From the NCBI GenBank assembly GCA_000503915.1, contig CP006915.1:330001-362000 (forward strand): a stretch of 32,000 nt of DNA, given 5' to 3'. Source of the stretch: Candidatus Saccharimonadota bacterium (lineage in GTDB: Bacteria > Patescibacteriota > Saccharimonadia > Saccharimonadales > Saccharimonadaceae). Shown here piece after piece: positions 8,596 through 17,399 of this stretch. Under the pieces are notes generated by a model. It searched no databases. It worked only from the letters and a program-made list of their open reading frames with translations, and had not been told where the DNA came from. The stretch's first letter is position 1. Every line of letters begins with the position of its first letter. Position numbers and translations under genes: made by a program.

Positions 8596-8924
8596 ACAAA
8601 GCCATCAATATCCAGCAACACAAGGGTCGGCGTGCACTCATTATTTCGCTCGTCGTGCTGGTTGCACTCATCGCCTTTGACATCTCACCATTTGGTGGCA
8701 ACGCACGGTTCTACGCCACATGGATCGGATGTGGAGATAAGCCTGTCGCGACCGAGGGATCTGGCTATCTTAATAGTGGCGCAATTCATTATTACGAGCC
8801 TTCCTCGTTTCCCGGACTCCATCCAACTATAGAGTATTTCTGCACACCACTCGAAGCCGAAAAAGCCGGCTACTCAGCCAGCCCGAACCAGTACGAATTT
8901 CCGCACTTACAGCAAGGGATTTAG
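8592..8924 (+). CDS. hypothetical small membrane-anchored protein
   Basis: 110 aa. Its ATG overlaps the upstream stop (ATGA) and AGGAGAAGG lies just upstream. It has one N-terminal TM helix (ALIISLVVLVALIAF). No family was recognised with confidence. Confidence 0.55.
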   Translation: MNKAINIQQHKGRRALIISLVVLVALIAFDISPFGGNARFYATWIGCGDKPVATEGSGYLNSGAIHYYEPSSFPGLHPTIEYFCTPLEAEKAGYSASPNQYEFPHLQQGI

Positions 8925-9062
8925 ATCCTTCAGGATGGGTGGGCATCCAGCCAGCTCTTTCTCATAAATACAAGATACTCCTCATTTATGTATACTAAAT
9001 CTCTTATGTGAGCTAAGACTAAATAAAGCGGCTTTACGATCGTCGAGCTTCTTATCGCTATA

Positions 9063-9515
9063 GTGGTGATCGCCATTCTCGCTACTATTAGCGTGGTTAC
9101 GTATAATGGTATACAGGTGCGTGCTCGCGACGCGGAACGGCAGGCCGATATAAGCTCGGTTAGCAAGAAGCTTTCGGAGTTTAGGATTATAAATGAGTAC
9201 TATCCACGCTATGACGACATGGTAGACAATAATTTGACGTGGATCCATACCAATCTTACGGGCTTGCCGGATAGCGCAGTCATCGCACCTGGAGCGACGG
9301 ATGCGAACTCGTTTAATGGCGGTATGACTCCTGAACTTAATGAGTATTCATATCGTTCGTATTTTAACGACAGTGGTGGTATTCAGCGCTATTGCTCACA
9401 GGCAACTCTGACAACCTACGGAAAGACTATTACAGATTGCGACCGATATGAGCTACGTTGGCATAGAGAAGGCGATAACACGATTCAGCTATTCAAGAGT
9501 CGATTCGGTTGGTAA
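9063..9515 (+). CDS. type IV pilin-like protein (prepilin-type N-terminal helix), with the leader region interrupted by stop codons
   Basis: In-frame upstream codons 9027-9062 read SGFTIVELLIAI and continue into VVIAILATISVVTYNGIQVRARDAERQ, the class III signal/methylation motif G|FTxxE. A C-terminal Cys pair is present (CSQ...DC). No clean start exists: ATG 9006 is followed by TGA 9009 and TAA 9024. Confidence 0.6.
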   Translation: MVIAILATISVVTYNGIQVRARDAERQADISSVSKKLSEFRIINEYYPRYDDMVDNNLTWIHTNLTGLPDSAVIAPGATDANSFNGGMTPELNEYSYRSYFNDSGGIQRYCSQATLTTYGKTITDCDRYELRWHREGDNTIQLFKSRFGW

Positions 9516-9535
9516 TTCCAGGTTCTATACGGAGA

Positions 9536-9961
9536 CTAAATACGCGCGCCGTCACGAGCTTTGTTTGCCCAAACATCGGCGAGTTCATTGTTCTCATCAC
9601 CGTTGTGGCCGCGAACCCATACGAGTGTAGCGTGCGAGGCGCGGTAGAACAGGCAAACCTCACGGACGATGTCGAGATTTTTAATCTCGCCGCCTTTTTT
9701 CTTCCAGCTATTTGCTTCCCACGTAAGCGACCATTTAGTAATGACATTGATCCAGAATTCGCTGTCTGTATAAATTTTGCATTCAGCACCATCTGCGTGT
9801 TTGAGGGCGGCTATGATAGCGAAGCCTTCCATGCGGATATTCGTCGTTTCACTGCCGTCTGGCTCGGTACCGAGTGTGACAGGTTTTTTGTTTAGAATAA
9901 CGGCGTAGCCACCTGGTCCCGGATTCGGACTGGCGCTGCCATCGGTGTGATATGTAAGCAT
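9536..9961 (-). CDS. rnhA: ribonuclease HI
   Basis: 141 aa with DEDD catalytic residues in typical context (TDGSASPNPGPGGYA, TNIRMEG, YTDSEF, NELADVWA). TATACT lies 6 nt upstream of the ATG on the minus strand (9968-9973). Confidence 0.9.
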   Translation of the reverse strand: MLTYHTDGSASPNPGPGGYAVILNKKPVTLGTEPDGSETTNIRMEGFAIIAALKHADGAECKIYTDSEFWINVITKWSLTWEANSWKKKGGEIKNLDIVREVCLFYRASHATLVWVRGHNGDENNELADVWANKARDGARI

Positions 9962-10025
9962 CGTCTAAGTATAGTAACATCATGAACTATAACAATATAG
10001 GAGTGAAATTCTAAGGTTGAAGGAG

Positions 10026-10041
10026 TGTGATATCGGTCACT
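10026..10041. promoter_or_regulatory. Crp/Fnr-family (ArcR-type) binding-site candidate, TGTGA-N6-TCACt
   Basis: TGTGATATCGGTCACT matches 9 of 10 consensus positions of TGTGA-N6-TCACA. Its centre lies about 42 (+/-2) nt upstream of the TSS predicted from the -10 box at 10065-10070. Confidence 0.5.
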
Positions 10042-10061
10042 TCATACGGGAATCATAAGCG

Positions 10062-10070
10062 TGATATAAT
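10062..10070 (+). promoter_or_regulatory. extended -10 promoter element of the arc operon (TGaTATAAT)
   Basis: TGATATAAT at 10062-10070 is followed by a leader of about 38 nt with GAAGGAG (10102-10108) before ATG 10115. Confidence 0.5.
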
Positions 10071-10114
10071 GCGGGTAAAGCTCTGATGACAAATAAAAAT
10101 GTGAAGGAGTAAAA

Positions 10115-11353
10115 ATGAATCAGCCGCTGCATATTACCTCTGAGATCGGGACATTAAAGACGGTACTGCTGCATCGACCGGGGGAAGAGCTGGAAAACCT
10201 GACACCGCAATATCTCACTTCGCTCCTTTTTGATGATATCCCATATCTAAAACAAGCTCAGGCCGAGCACGATGCTTTTGCCGACGTGCTGCGAAGTCGG
10301 GGAATTGAGGTGCTGTATCTCGACCAACTGGCTGCCGAAGCGCTCGAGCAGCCGGAAGTACGCAGCCAATTCATCGATGAAATGCTGGAAGCCTCCAAGC
10401 AAGGTGGTCGCCGCGTGACCGACGCGCTCAAGGCATATCTCGAAGCCATGCCAACCCACGATATGATACGAAAGGTGATGGCCGGCGTACGTAAAGATGA
10501 GATCACGCTTCCGCCCGAGCACCACACCCAACTGCATACGATGGTAGAAAGCAATCATTATCCGTTTTATCTCGACCCGATGCCAAACCTCTACTTTACG
10601 CGCGATCCGGGCGCGACAATCGGTGACGGCCTGACGATCAACCGTATGCACTGGCCGGCACGTCGTCGTGAATCGCTGTTTTTGGAATACATTATCCATC
10701 ACCACCCACGCTTCAAGGATGCGCAGGTGCCGGTGTGGTACGACCGTGACAACCGCTTTTCGATGGAGGGGGGCGACGAACTGGTACTGAGCAAAACGAC
10801 TATGGCGATCGGTATCAGTGAGCGCACCACGGCGGAAGCAATCGAAAAGATGGCTACCGAATTGTTTAAAAAATCCGATTTTACAAGAGTCATCGCGATC
10901 GAGATACCGAAATCGCACGCTTTTATGCACCTCGACACCGTCTTTACGATGATCGACTATGATACCTTCACGATCCATCCCGAAATCAGGGACAGTGGCG
11001 GCAAGTTAAACATGTACATACTTGAGCGCGACGAAAACTCAGACTATCCGCGTATCACCAAAGAAACCGACCTCGAGCATGTGCTACGTACGGCGCTGTC
11101 GCTCGATAAAGTCACTCTACTCGAATGCGGAGCAGGCGATGAAATCGCTGCTGCCCGCGAGCAGTGGAATGATGGCTCCAACACGCTCGCTATTGCACCC
11201 GGTGTAGTCGTGACGTATGATCGCAATTATGTGACCAACCAAGCCTTGCGCGACCACGGTATCGAGGTAATCGAAGTATCGGGCAGTGAGCTTGGCCGTG
11301 GGCGCGGTGGCCCGCGCTGTATGAGTATGCCGCTGGTACGGGAGGATATCTAA
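10115..11353 (+). CDS. arcA: arginine deiminase
   Basis: 412 aa with family-typical N-terminus ([15 protein letters not shown]) and a C-terminal catalytic Cys context ([10 protein letters not shown]). Confidence 0.95.
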   Translation: MNQPLHITSEIGTLKTVLLHRPGEELENLTPQYLTSLLFDDIPYLKQAQAEHDAFADVLRSRGIEVLYLDQLAAEALEQPEVRSQFIDEMLEASKQGGRRVTDALKAYLEAMPTHDMIRKVMAGVRKDEITLPPEHHTQLHTMVESNHYPFYLDPMPNLYFTRDPGATIGDGLTINRMHWPARRRESLFLEYIIHHHPRFKDAQVPVWYDRDNRFSMEGGDELVLSKTTMAIGISERTTAEAIEKMATELFKKSDFTRVIAIEIPKSHAFMHLDTVFTMIDYDTFTIHPEIRDSGGKLNMYILERDENSDYPRITKETDLEHVLRTALSLDKVTLLECGAGDEIAAAREQWNDGSNTLAIAPGVVVTYDRNYVTNQALRDHGIEVIEVSGSELGRGRGGPRCMSMPLVREDI

Positions 11354-12343
11354 ATGGACGAGAGCTTGCGAGGACGCTCGCTCCTAACACTGAATGATTA
11401 TTCGCCGGCCGAAATTCGGCTGCTGCTTGATACGACGCACGAATATAAACGGCTGAAAAAAGCTGGCACCGCGCACCGGGTACACGAAGGCAAAAATATC
11501 GCACTGCTGTTTGAGAAAACCTCGACCCGCACCCGCGTGGCCTTTACCGTGGCGGCTAACGACCTAGGGATTGCACCCGAATTTTTGGGCATGAACGATA
11601 TCCAGCTCGGCAAAAAAGAATCGGTGGAGGATACGGCCAAAGTGCTCGGACGGATGTTTGACGGTATCGAATTCCGTGGCTTTTCCCACAGTACTGTCGA
11701 AGGACTCGCCAAACATGCCGGCGTGCCGGTTTGGAATGGCCTGACTGACGAGTACCACCCGACACAGATCTTGGCCGATTTCATGACACTAGAAGAGCAT
11801 ATTGGCGACCTGAAAGGGCTAAAACTGGTGTTTGTCGGTGATGGCCGTAACAATATGGCTAATAGTTTGCTGCTTGGCTCTGCCCAAATGGGGCTTGATT
11901 TCCGGATCGCCGCACCAAAAAGCTTACACCCCGACCCTCAGCTCGTCGAGATGGCACACGGTTTTGCCAACGAATCTGGGGCAACGATTACCATTACCGA
12001 TGATATCCAGGAAGCGGTGCAAGGCGCCGATGCTATCTACACCGACGTATGGGTATCGATGGGTGAAGAGGATCACTATGCCGAGCGCATTGAATTACTG
12101 CGCGCTTTCCAGGTAAATGCCGACATGTTGCGCATGACCGGCAATGAAAACGTTAAATTTCTCCACTGTCTCCCAGCCTTTCACGACCTCGAGACAGCGA
12201 CGGCTAAAAAAGTTAACGAGCAGTATGGGTTAACAGAAATGGAGGTAACCGACGAGGTATTTCGTTCATCTGCCAGTATCGTATTTGATCAGGCGGAAAA
12301 TCGTATGCACAGTATCAAAGCGGTCATCGCTTTAACAGTATAA
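11354..12343 (+). CDS. arcB: ornithine carbamoyltransferase (catabolic context)
   Basis: 329 aa with STRTR (FEKTSTRTR), HPTQ and HCLP motifs. It starts directly after the arcA stop. Confidence 0.95.
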   Translation: MDESLRGRSLLTLNDYSPAEIRLLLDTTHEYKRLKKAGTAHRVHEGKNIALLFEKTSTRTRVAFTVAANDLGIAPEFLGMNDIQLGKKESVEDTAKVLGRMFDGIEFRGFSHSTVEGLAKHAGVPVWNGLTDEYHPTQILADFMTLEEHIGDLKGLKLVFVGDGRNNMANSLLLGSAQMGLDFRIAAPKSLHPDPQLVEMAHGFANESGATITITDDIQEAVQGADAIYTDVWVSMGEEDHYAERIELLRAFQVNADMLRMTGNENVKFLHCLPAFHDLETATAKKVNEQYGLTEMEVTDEVFRSSASIVFDQAENRMHSIKAVIALTV

Positions 12344-12371
12344 AACTAGTAGAGCAGGAGGCTCTAATGTC

Positions 12372-13916
12372 ATGACAGACGAAATCAATACGCAAAAAAA
12401 GTCCAGACGAAAATGGCGAATGCCCTCAGCGTTTGGTATCCTATTTGGCTTAATCGCCGTTGTCGCACTACTCACGTGGGTGGTTCCATCAGGACAGTAC
12501 ACACAAACCGAACCAACTGATGGTAGTGACCCGACACCGATTGCCGGTACCTACAAAGAAGTACCGAAAGTTCATGATGTTGACGGTGAAGCAACTGATG
12601 TTCGCCAAGGGTTCTGGGAAGTGTTCCAAGCCCCAATTCTCGGTACGACTGAGGCGATCGATGTCGTTCTCTTCGTGCTAATCATCGGTGGTTTCCTCGG
12701 TGTTACCATGAAAACCGGTGCGCTTGACGCCTTCCTCGGTCGTGTTGTCAGCAACATGAAGGGTAGGGAGAAGTGGCTTATCCCTGTGCTAATGACGTTG
12801 TTTGCGCTCGGTGGCACAACCTACGGTATGCAGGAAGAAACAATCGCATTTTATGCGCTGGTTATCCCTGTTATGCTCGCTGCCGGCTATAACGGCATGG
12901 TGGCTGCACTGGTAATCATACTTGGTGCCGGTGTTGGTGTGCTCGGCTCGACTATCAACCCATTCTCGACTGGTATCGCCTCTGGATTTGCGAATGTTTC
13001 GATCGGTGATGGCATCATCGAACGACTCGTCATCCTGGTACTGTCACTACTGGCGGCAATCTGGTTTGTTATGCGCTACGCTGCCAAGGTTAAAAAGGGT
13101 GAATACAAAGATGACTCACGCTTAAAAGCTTCGGCCGTTACCACGTCAGCAACTGTTCCAGAACTAACTGGCCGCCGCAAGGCAGTCTTAACCGTCTTTG
13201 GCCTGGCTTTTGTCATCATGGTGATCGCGGTGATCCCATGGGAATTCAAGTTCGGCATCACCTTCTTTGCTGATATGGCCAACTGGCTCAAAGACATTCC
13301 GGTGTTGGGCTTGAGCCTTGGCGCTATCTTGCCGCTGGGTGACTGGTGGTTCAACGAGCTATCGATGTTGTTCTTTGTCGCTGCGCTGATCATCGGCTTG
13401 ATCTACTACACGCGTATGCCCTCTAAGGAAGGGAGTGGCGGCTTTGTCGATACCTTTATCGCCGGTGCACGCGACCTGCTGGCCGTTGCTTTAATCATTG
13501 GTCTGGCGCGTGGTATCTCGGTCATTATGAACCATGGCGAGATCATGGCAACCTTCATTAATTACGGTGAACAACTTTTGCATTCAGTACCATCAGTACT
13601 ACTACCGGCCGTTGCCTTCGTGGTATACTTGCCGCTGTCATTCCTGATTCCTTCAACTTCAGGTCTGGCAACCGCTTCGATGCCAATCATGGCACCGCTG
13701 GCTGACTTCGCCAATATCGACCGTCATCTCATCGTTACGGCCTTTGCGACATCGGAAGGTGTTATCAACCTGATCGCTCCAACCGTTGCTTCAGTCGTCG
13801 GTGGACTGGCGCTGGCCAAAGTTGCGTATGGTACCTACCTACGCCGCACCTGGAAACTTATGCTGGTGCTTTCGGTCATTAGCCTTGTCGTGATGATCGT
13901 TTCAGCGTTAATCTAA
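12372..13916 (+). CDS. YfcC/DcuC-like anaerobic carrier-family membrane transporter, a probable arginine/ornithine exchanger (ArcD-like role)
   Basis: 514-aa polytopic membrane protein placed between arcB and arcC. The substrate is inferred from operon context only. Confidence 0.75.
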   Translation: MTDEINTQKKSRRKWRMPSAFGILFGLIAVVALLTWVVPSGQYTQTEPTDGSDPTPIAGTYKEVPKVHDVDGEATDVRQGFWEVFQAPILGTTEAIDVVLFVLIIGGFLGVTMKTGALDAFLGRVVSNMKGREKWLIPVLMTLFALGGTTYGMQEETIAFYALVIPVMLAAGYNGMVAALVIILGAGVGVLGSTINPFSTGIASGFANVSIGDGIIERLVILVLSLLAAIWFVMRYAAKVKKGEYKDDSRLKASAVTTSATVPELTGRRKAVLTVFGLAFVIMVIAVIPWEFKFGITFFADMANWLKDIPVLGLSLGAILPLGDWWFNELSMLFFVAALIIGLIYYTRMPSKEGSGGFVDTFIAGARDLLAVALIIGLARGISVIMNHGEIMATFINYGEQLLHSVPSVLLPAVAFVVYLPLSFLIPSTSGLATASMPIMAPLADFANIDRHLIVTAFATSEGVINLIAPTVASVVGGLALAKVAYGTYLRRTWKLMLVLSVISLVVMIVSALI

Positions 13917-13932
13917 AAGGAGAAACTGGCGT

Positions 13933-14865
13933 ATGCCGCTTACAACCGTGATAGCACTTGGCGGCAACGCCTTACAACAAAAGGGGGAGGCGAGTGCTGA
14001 TGCTCAAAAGCGCGTCGCTCGTCTCACCGTGACGCAGCTAGTGCCCCTCCTTCAAGCGGGGCACCGCTTGGTAATTGTCCATGGCAATGGTCCGCAGATC
14101 GGTAATATCGTCTTGCACGAAGAAGCAATCAATACCGAGGAAGTACCAACGCTACCACTTGATAGTGGGGTGGCAATGAGCCAAGGTTTAATCGGCTACT
14201 GGCTGCAACAAGCGCTGATGAGTGAGCTGAAACGGGTCGGGATGGCCGTACCCGTCGTAACGACTGTTACTCAGATAGTGGTGGATGCGCATGATCCGGC
14301 ATTTAATGACCCCACCAAGCCGATCGGACCCTTCTATGCCACCGAAGCCGAGGCCAAAACACACACCGGAGCCGTAAAAGAAGATGCTGGCCGCGGCTGG
14401 CGCCGAGTCGTGCCATCGCCTACGCCGCAACATATTTTAGAAGTTGAGACGGTCAAACGGCTAATGCAAGCAGGGGTAGTAGTGATTGCTGCTGGCGGCG
14501 GTGGTATTCCGGTGGTTGAAACCGAGTCTGGCTACAGCGGCGTCGAAGCAGTCATCGATAAAGATTTTAGTGCGGCAGTGCTAGCCGACGCTATCCAGGC
14601 CGATCGCCTGCTCATCTTGACCTCTGTTGACGCTGCGATGCGTAGTTACGGCACGTCAGAGCAAGCCGCAATCGGCGACAGTAGCATTGCCGAGATGGAG
14701 CAGTATATTACCGAAGGTCACTTCAAAGCTGGCAGTATGTTGCCGAAAGTCCAAGCATCTATTCAATTTGCTCAAAAAGACCCGAACAGACAGGCGATTA
14801 TTACGTCGCTACAGGGGGTCGGCGATGCACTCGACGGCAAGACCGGTACAGTGATTCATCAATAG
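13933..14865 (+). CDS. arcC: carbamate kinase
   Basis: 310 aa with the IALGGNAL N-terminus and VHGNGPQIG motif. It is the last gene of the arc operon. Confidence 0.94.
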   Translation: MPLTTVIALGGNALQQKGEASADAQKRVARLTVTQLVPLLQAGHRLVIVHGNGPQIGNIVLHEEAINTEEVPTLPLDSGVAMSQGLIGYWLQQALMSELKRVGMAVPVVTTVTQIVVDAHDPAFNDPTKPIGPFYATEAEAKTHTGAVKEDAGRGWRRVVPSPTPQHILEVETVKRLMQAGVVVIAAGGGGIPVVETESGYSGVEAVIDKDFSAAVLADAIQADRLLILTSVDAAMRSYGTSEQAAIGDSSIAEMEQYITEGHFKAGSMLPKVQASIQFAQKDPNRQAIITSLQGVGDALDGKTGTVIHQ

Positions 14866-14900
14866 GTGTAGGAGAGATTAGTCGTTGTTGAGACTATGCT

Positions 14901-14923
14901 TACCTATGAGTATATCATAGGTA
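14901..14923. other. perfect 9-bp inverted repeat (hairpin or operator) downstream of arcC
   Basis: TACCTATGA-gtata-TCATAGGTA. No T-tract follows, so a terminator role is uncertain. Confidence 0.35.
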
Positions 14924-14991
14924 CAAAACACTATATCTAGTGTAGTGAAAATACTACAACACTCTATCAGTAGCGCATAGGCAAATTCTGG

Positions 14992-15000
14992 TGCTATAAT
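14992..15000 (+). promoter_or_regulatory. extended -10 (TGcTATAAT) 8 nt upstream of the pyrG ATG, leaderless type
   Basis: TGCTATAAT 14992-15000, spacer gaaatccc, ATG 15009. There is no SD and no TTGACA-like -35 at a 17-nt spacing. Confidence 0.55.
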
Positions 15001-15008
15001 GAAATCCC

Positions 15009-16613
15009 ATGGAAGAAACAAAACTTTCGTGGGGAAAACAGAAATACATATTCGTTACGGGGGGAGTTCTCTCGGGGGTAGGGAAAGGTATCACGGCTGC
15101 GAGCATCGGTGCAGTGCTGCAGGCCAAAGGTGCATACGTTTCCATTCAAAAGTGTGACCCGTATCTCAATGTAGATGCGGGTCTTTTGAATCCTGCGGAG
15201 CACGGCGAATGCTTCGTCACGAAAGACGGCGCCGAGACCGACCTCGATCTTGGTCACTACGAGCGCTTTCTCGACATCGAGCTGACGCAGAAAAATGCGA
15301 CGCTGGCTGGTCGGCTGCTAACCGACCTCATCGCTGACGAACGCGCCGGCAAAATGCGTGGCAAAACTGTACAGCTGGTGCCGCACCTGACGACAGCGAT
15401 ACAGAAATCGATCTTGATCGCCGGTGACGGCAGTGATGTCCATATCGTTGAAATCGGTGGGACGGTTGGTGACTATGAGGGTCTGAGCTTTATTGAGGCA
15501 ATCCGTGAGTTCGCTATGAAAGTCGGCCGTCAGAACTGTATGTATATCCATGTGGTGTATGTGCCCTTTATCGGCACAAGCAAGGAGTTTAAGAGCAAAC
15601 CGGCGCAAAATGCGCTCAATGATCTGCGCGGTTTTGGTATTGTGCCTGACGCGGTGATCGTCCGTACTGATGAGCCGGCGCCAGTGTCAATAGCACGTAA
15701 AATCGCACTTTTTGGTGGTCTGCAGGAGCGAGCGGTACTGATGATGCCAAATGTTGACAGCGTGTTTCGTATTCCGGAAGGCATCGCCAAGAGTAGCTTG
15801 ATGCAGATTTTAAATGAATTTACAGGCAATGAAACCACGCCGGATCTTACTAAATGGCACGAGCTCGTGGAGCGCCAGCGTGCGCCAAAAGGCAAGACGG
15901 TGACCGTCGGTATGGTGGCTAAATACATGGACAACGAAGACACCTACATTTCGGTACTCGAGGCGCTCAAAGCCGCCGCGTGGCAGGAGGGTGTGGGGCT
16001 GGATATCAAGTGGATTAATGCCGAGACGGCAACCGATGAAGATTTTGCCAGTGTCGACGGTTTGGTTGTGCCCGGTGGCTTTGGAGTGCGCGGCATTGAA
16101 GGCAAGATTGCCGCTGCCACGTATGCGTTGGAGCATAAAACACCGTATCTCGGCCTCTGCCTTGGCCTACAAGTGGCAGTGATAGCTGCAGCTCGTCGTA
16201 GTGGTCTGAAAGCCGCTAATAGCAATGAATTCGACCCAACCACGTCAACGAATGTCGTGTACTTGATGGAAGGGCAGGCCGGTAAAGAATCAACTGGTGG
16301 CACGCTACGCCTTGGCGATTATCCAGCACAGCTCAAGAAAGGCTCAAAAGCGGCCGCAGCGTACGGCACGACAGATGTAATCGAACGTCACCGCCATCGC
16401 TACGAGGTGAATCAAAAGTTTACCGAAGCTATTGAAAACGGTGGCCTAATGATCAGCGGCACCTCGCCCGACGGCAAACTTGTGGAATTTGTCGAAGCTA
16501 AAGATAAGGCGCACCCGTACTTCGTGGCCACCCAGGCTCACCCGGAGTTTAAGAGCCGACCATTCAAGGCGCATCCACTGTTTACGGGATTCATTGCTAA
16601 TACGGTAGGTTGA
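15009..16613 (+). CDS. pyrG: CTP synthase
   Basis: 534 aa with the N-terminal synthetase motif (KYIFVTGGVLSGVGKGI) and the C-terminal GATase Cys (YLGLCLGLQ). Confidence 0.96.
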   Translation: MEETKLSWGKQKYIFVTGGVLSGVGKGITAASIGAVLQAKGAYVSIQKCDPYLNVDAGLLNPAEHGECFVTKDGAETDLDLGHYERFLDIELTQKNATLAGRLLTDLIADERAGKMRGKTVQLVPHLTTAIQKSILIAGDGSDVHIVEIGGTVGDYEGLSFIEAIREFAMKVGRQNCMYIHVVYVPFIGTSKEFKSKPAQNALNDLRGFGIVPDAVIVRTDEPAPVSIARKIALFGGLQERAVLMMPNVDSVFRIPEGIAKSSLMQILNEFTGNETTPDLTKWHELVERQRAPKGKTVTVGMVAKYMDNEDTYISVLEALKAAAWQEGVGLDIKWINAETATDEDFASVDGLVVPGGFGVRGIEGKIAAATYALEHKTPYLGLCLGLQVAVIAAARRSGLKAANSNEFDPTTSTNVVYLMEGQAGKESTGGTLRLGDYPAQLKKGSKAAAAYGTTDVIERHRHRYEVNQKFTEAIENGGLMISGTSPDGKLVEFVEAKDKAHPYFVATQAHPEFKSRPFKAHPLFTGFIANTVG

Positions 16614-16625
16614 TAAAATTTTACT

Positions 16626-17132
16626 TTACGTGAATCGATAATAGCAGTAGGTTAGGTTGCCTTCGTTTACTGCAGTAAACGCGGAGATGTTGCAGCTTTG
16701 GTTATTACCATCGAGATAGTACCTCAATTCACCTTGACCAGCTGCTGGGTAATTATAAATGAATACCAACCCTGCTCTGTTATTAGTCCCATCCAGAGAT
16801 AGTAAAGAAGTTGCTAAGGTAGGTTTATTTGGCACGAACTCTTGCAATAGAGAGTCGAGAGACCCATTTACTGATCGCACCGGTGTTCCTGTCCAGCAAT
16901 TATTGCTAGGATAATTTGCTCCAAGACAGCCACTTTGTGCAGGTATTGCTGAGTTTACCGTTTGATAGTTTAGGAATGCTTTGTAATACGTTTGAGCGCC
17001 AGTGATAACCTGGGTGTTCCTGGCTCTCTCCTGGAAGCCGCTATACGCCACGATCGTGATAGCTGCGAGAACTGCGATCACCACGATCACAATAAGTAGT
17101 TCGACGATAGTGAAACCATGGCGCTTATGCAT
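16626..17132 (-). CDS. type IV pilin-like protein (prepilin-type N-terminal cleavage/methylation domain)
   Basis: The ORF is open to 17327, but the functional start is ATG 17132-17130, giving MHKRHG|FTIVELLIVIVVIAVLAAITIVAYSG. Two Cys pairs sit in the C-terminal globular part. TGCTACAAT lies 6 nt upstream. Confidence 0.85.
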   Translation of the reverse strand: MHKRHGFTIVELLIVIVVIAVLAAITIVAYSGFQERARNTQVITGAQTYYKAFLNYQTVNSAIPAQSGCLGANYPSNNCWTGTPVRSVNGSLDSLLQEFVPNKPTLATSLLSLDGTNNRAGLVFIYNYPAAGQGELRYYLDGNNQSCNISAFTAVNEGNLTYCYYRFT

Positions 17133-17138
17133 GGGAGA

Positions 17139-17147
17139 ATTGTAGCA
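17139..17147 (-). promoter_or_regulatory. extended -10 (TGcTACAAT on the minus strand) 6 nt upstream of the pilin ATG
   Basis: The reverse complement of 17139-17147 is TGCTACAAT, followed by spacer tctccc and ATG at 17132. Confidence 0.5.
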
Positions 17148-17187
17148 CGCTTTCAAGAGGGTAGGAAGTTGACAAAAGCGATGCAAA

Positions 17188-17385
17188 ATGCTAATGTTTA
17201 AGGAGAAAGAAAGCGAAACAAACATGGCAGAAGAAGATCTCAACCAAGAAACGACCAGTAGTGATGACGTCACGGTACTGCGCGAATTGCTCCACAAAAT
17301 CCGTGGCTTAAGCCCCGTCTCTACCACTGATTTTGCTTATATTCCAGCTGATGCCGACGAAGCATCAGACGTTTTGTTATCTTAG
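17188..17385 (+). CDS. hypothetical small acidic protein (the start may be ATG 17224)
   Basis: 65-aa ORF. A TTGACA (17169-17174)-N17-TAATGT (17192-17197) promoter with TGc would start transcription near 17204. That favours ATG 17224 (MAEEDLNQ..., 53 aa). No recognisable domain. Confidence 0.35.
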   Translation: MLMFKEKESETNMAEEDLNQETTSSDDVTVLRELLHKIRGLSPVSTTDFAYIPADADEASDVLLS

Positions 17386-17399
17386 ACCTCTTGTAGCTA

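Noticed and set aside
9006-9026. Alternative genetic code (UGA read as Gly, as in some candidate phyla) to rescue the pilin leader
   Set aside because: TGA terminates well-aligned genes here (mntH, zwf, pyrG). The second interrupting codon is TAA, which no such code reassigns.
10247-10978. The 243-aa minus-strand ORF opposite arcA, and similar ones opposite arcB, the transporter and pyrG
   Set aside because: They are antisense to genes with unambiguous catalytic motifs, and long antisense ORFs are expected at this GC content.
16626-17327. The full 233-aa version of the second pilin ORF
   Set aside because: The extra 65 N-terminal residues precede a perfect prepilin leader (MHKRHG|FTIVELL) and overlap the divergent promoter region. 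A TGCTACAAT box sits 6 nt before the internal ATG.
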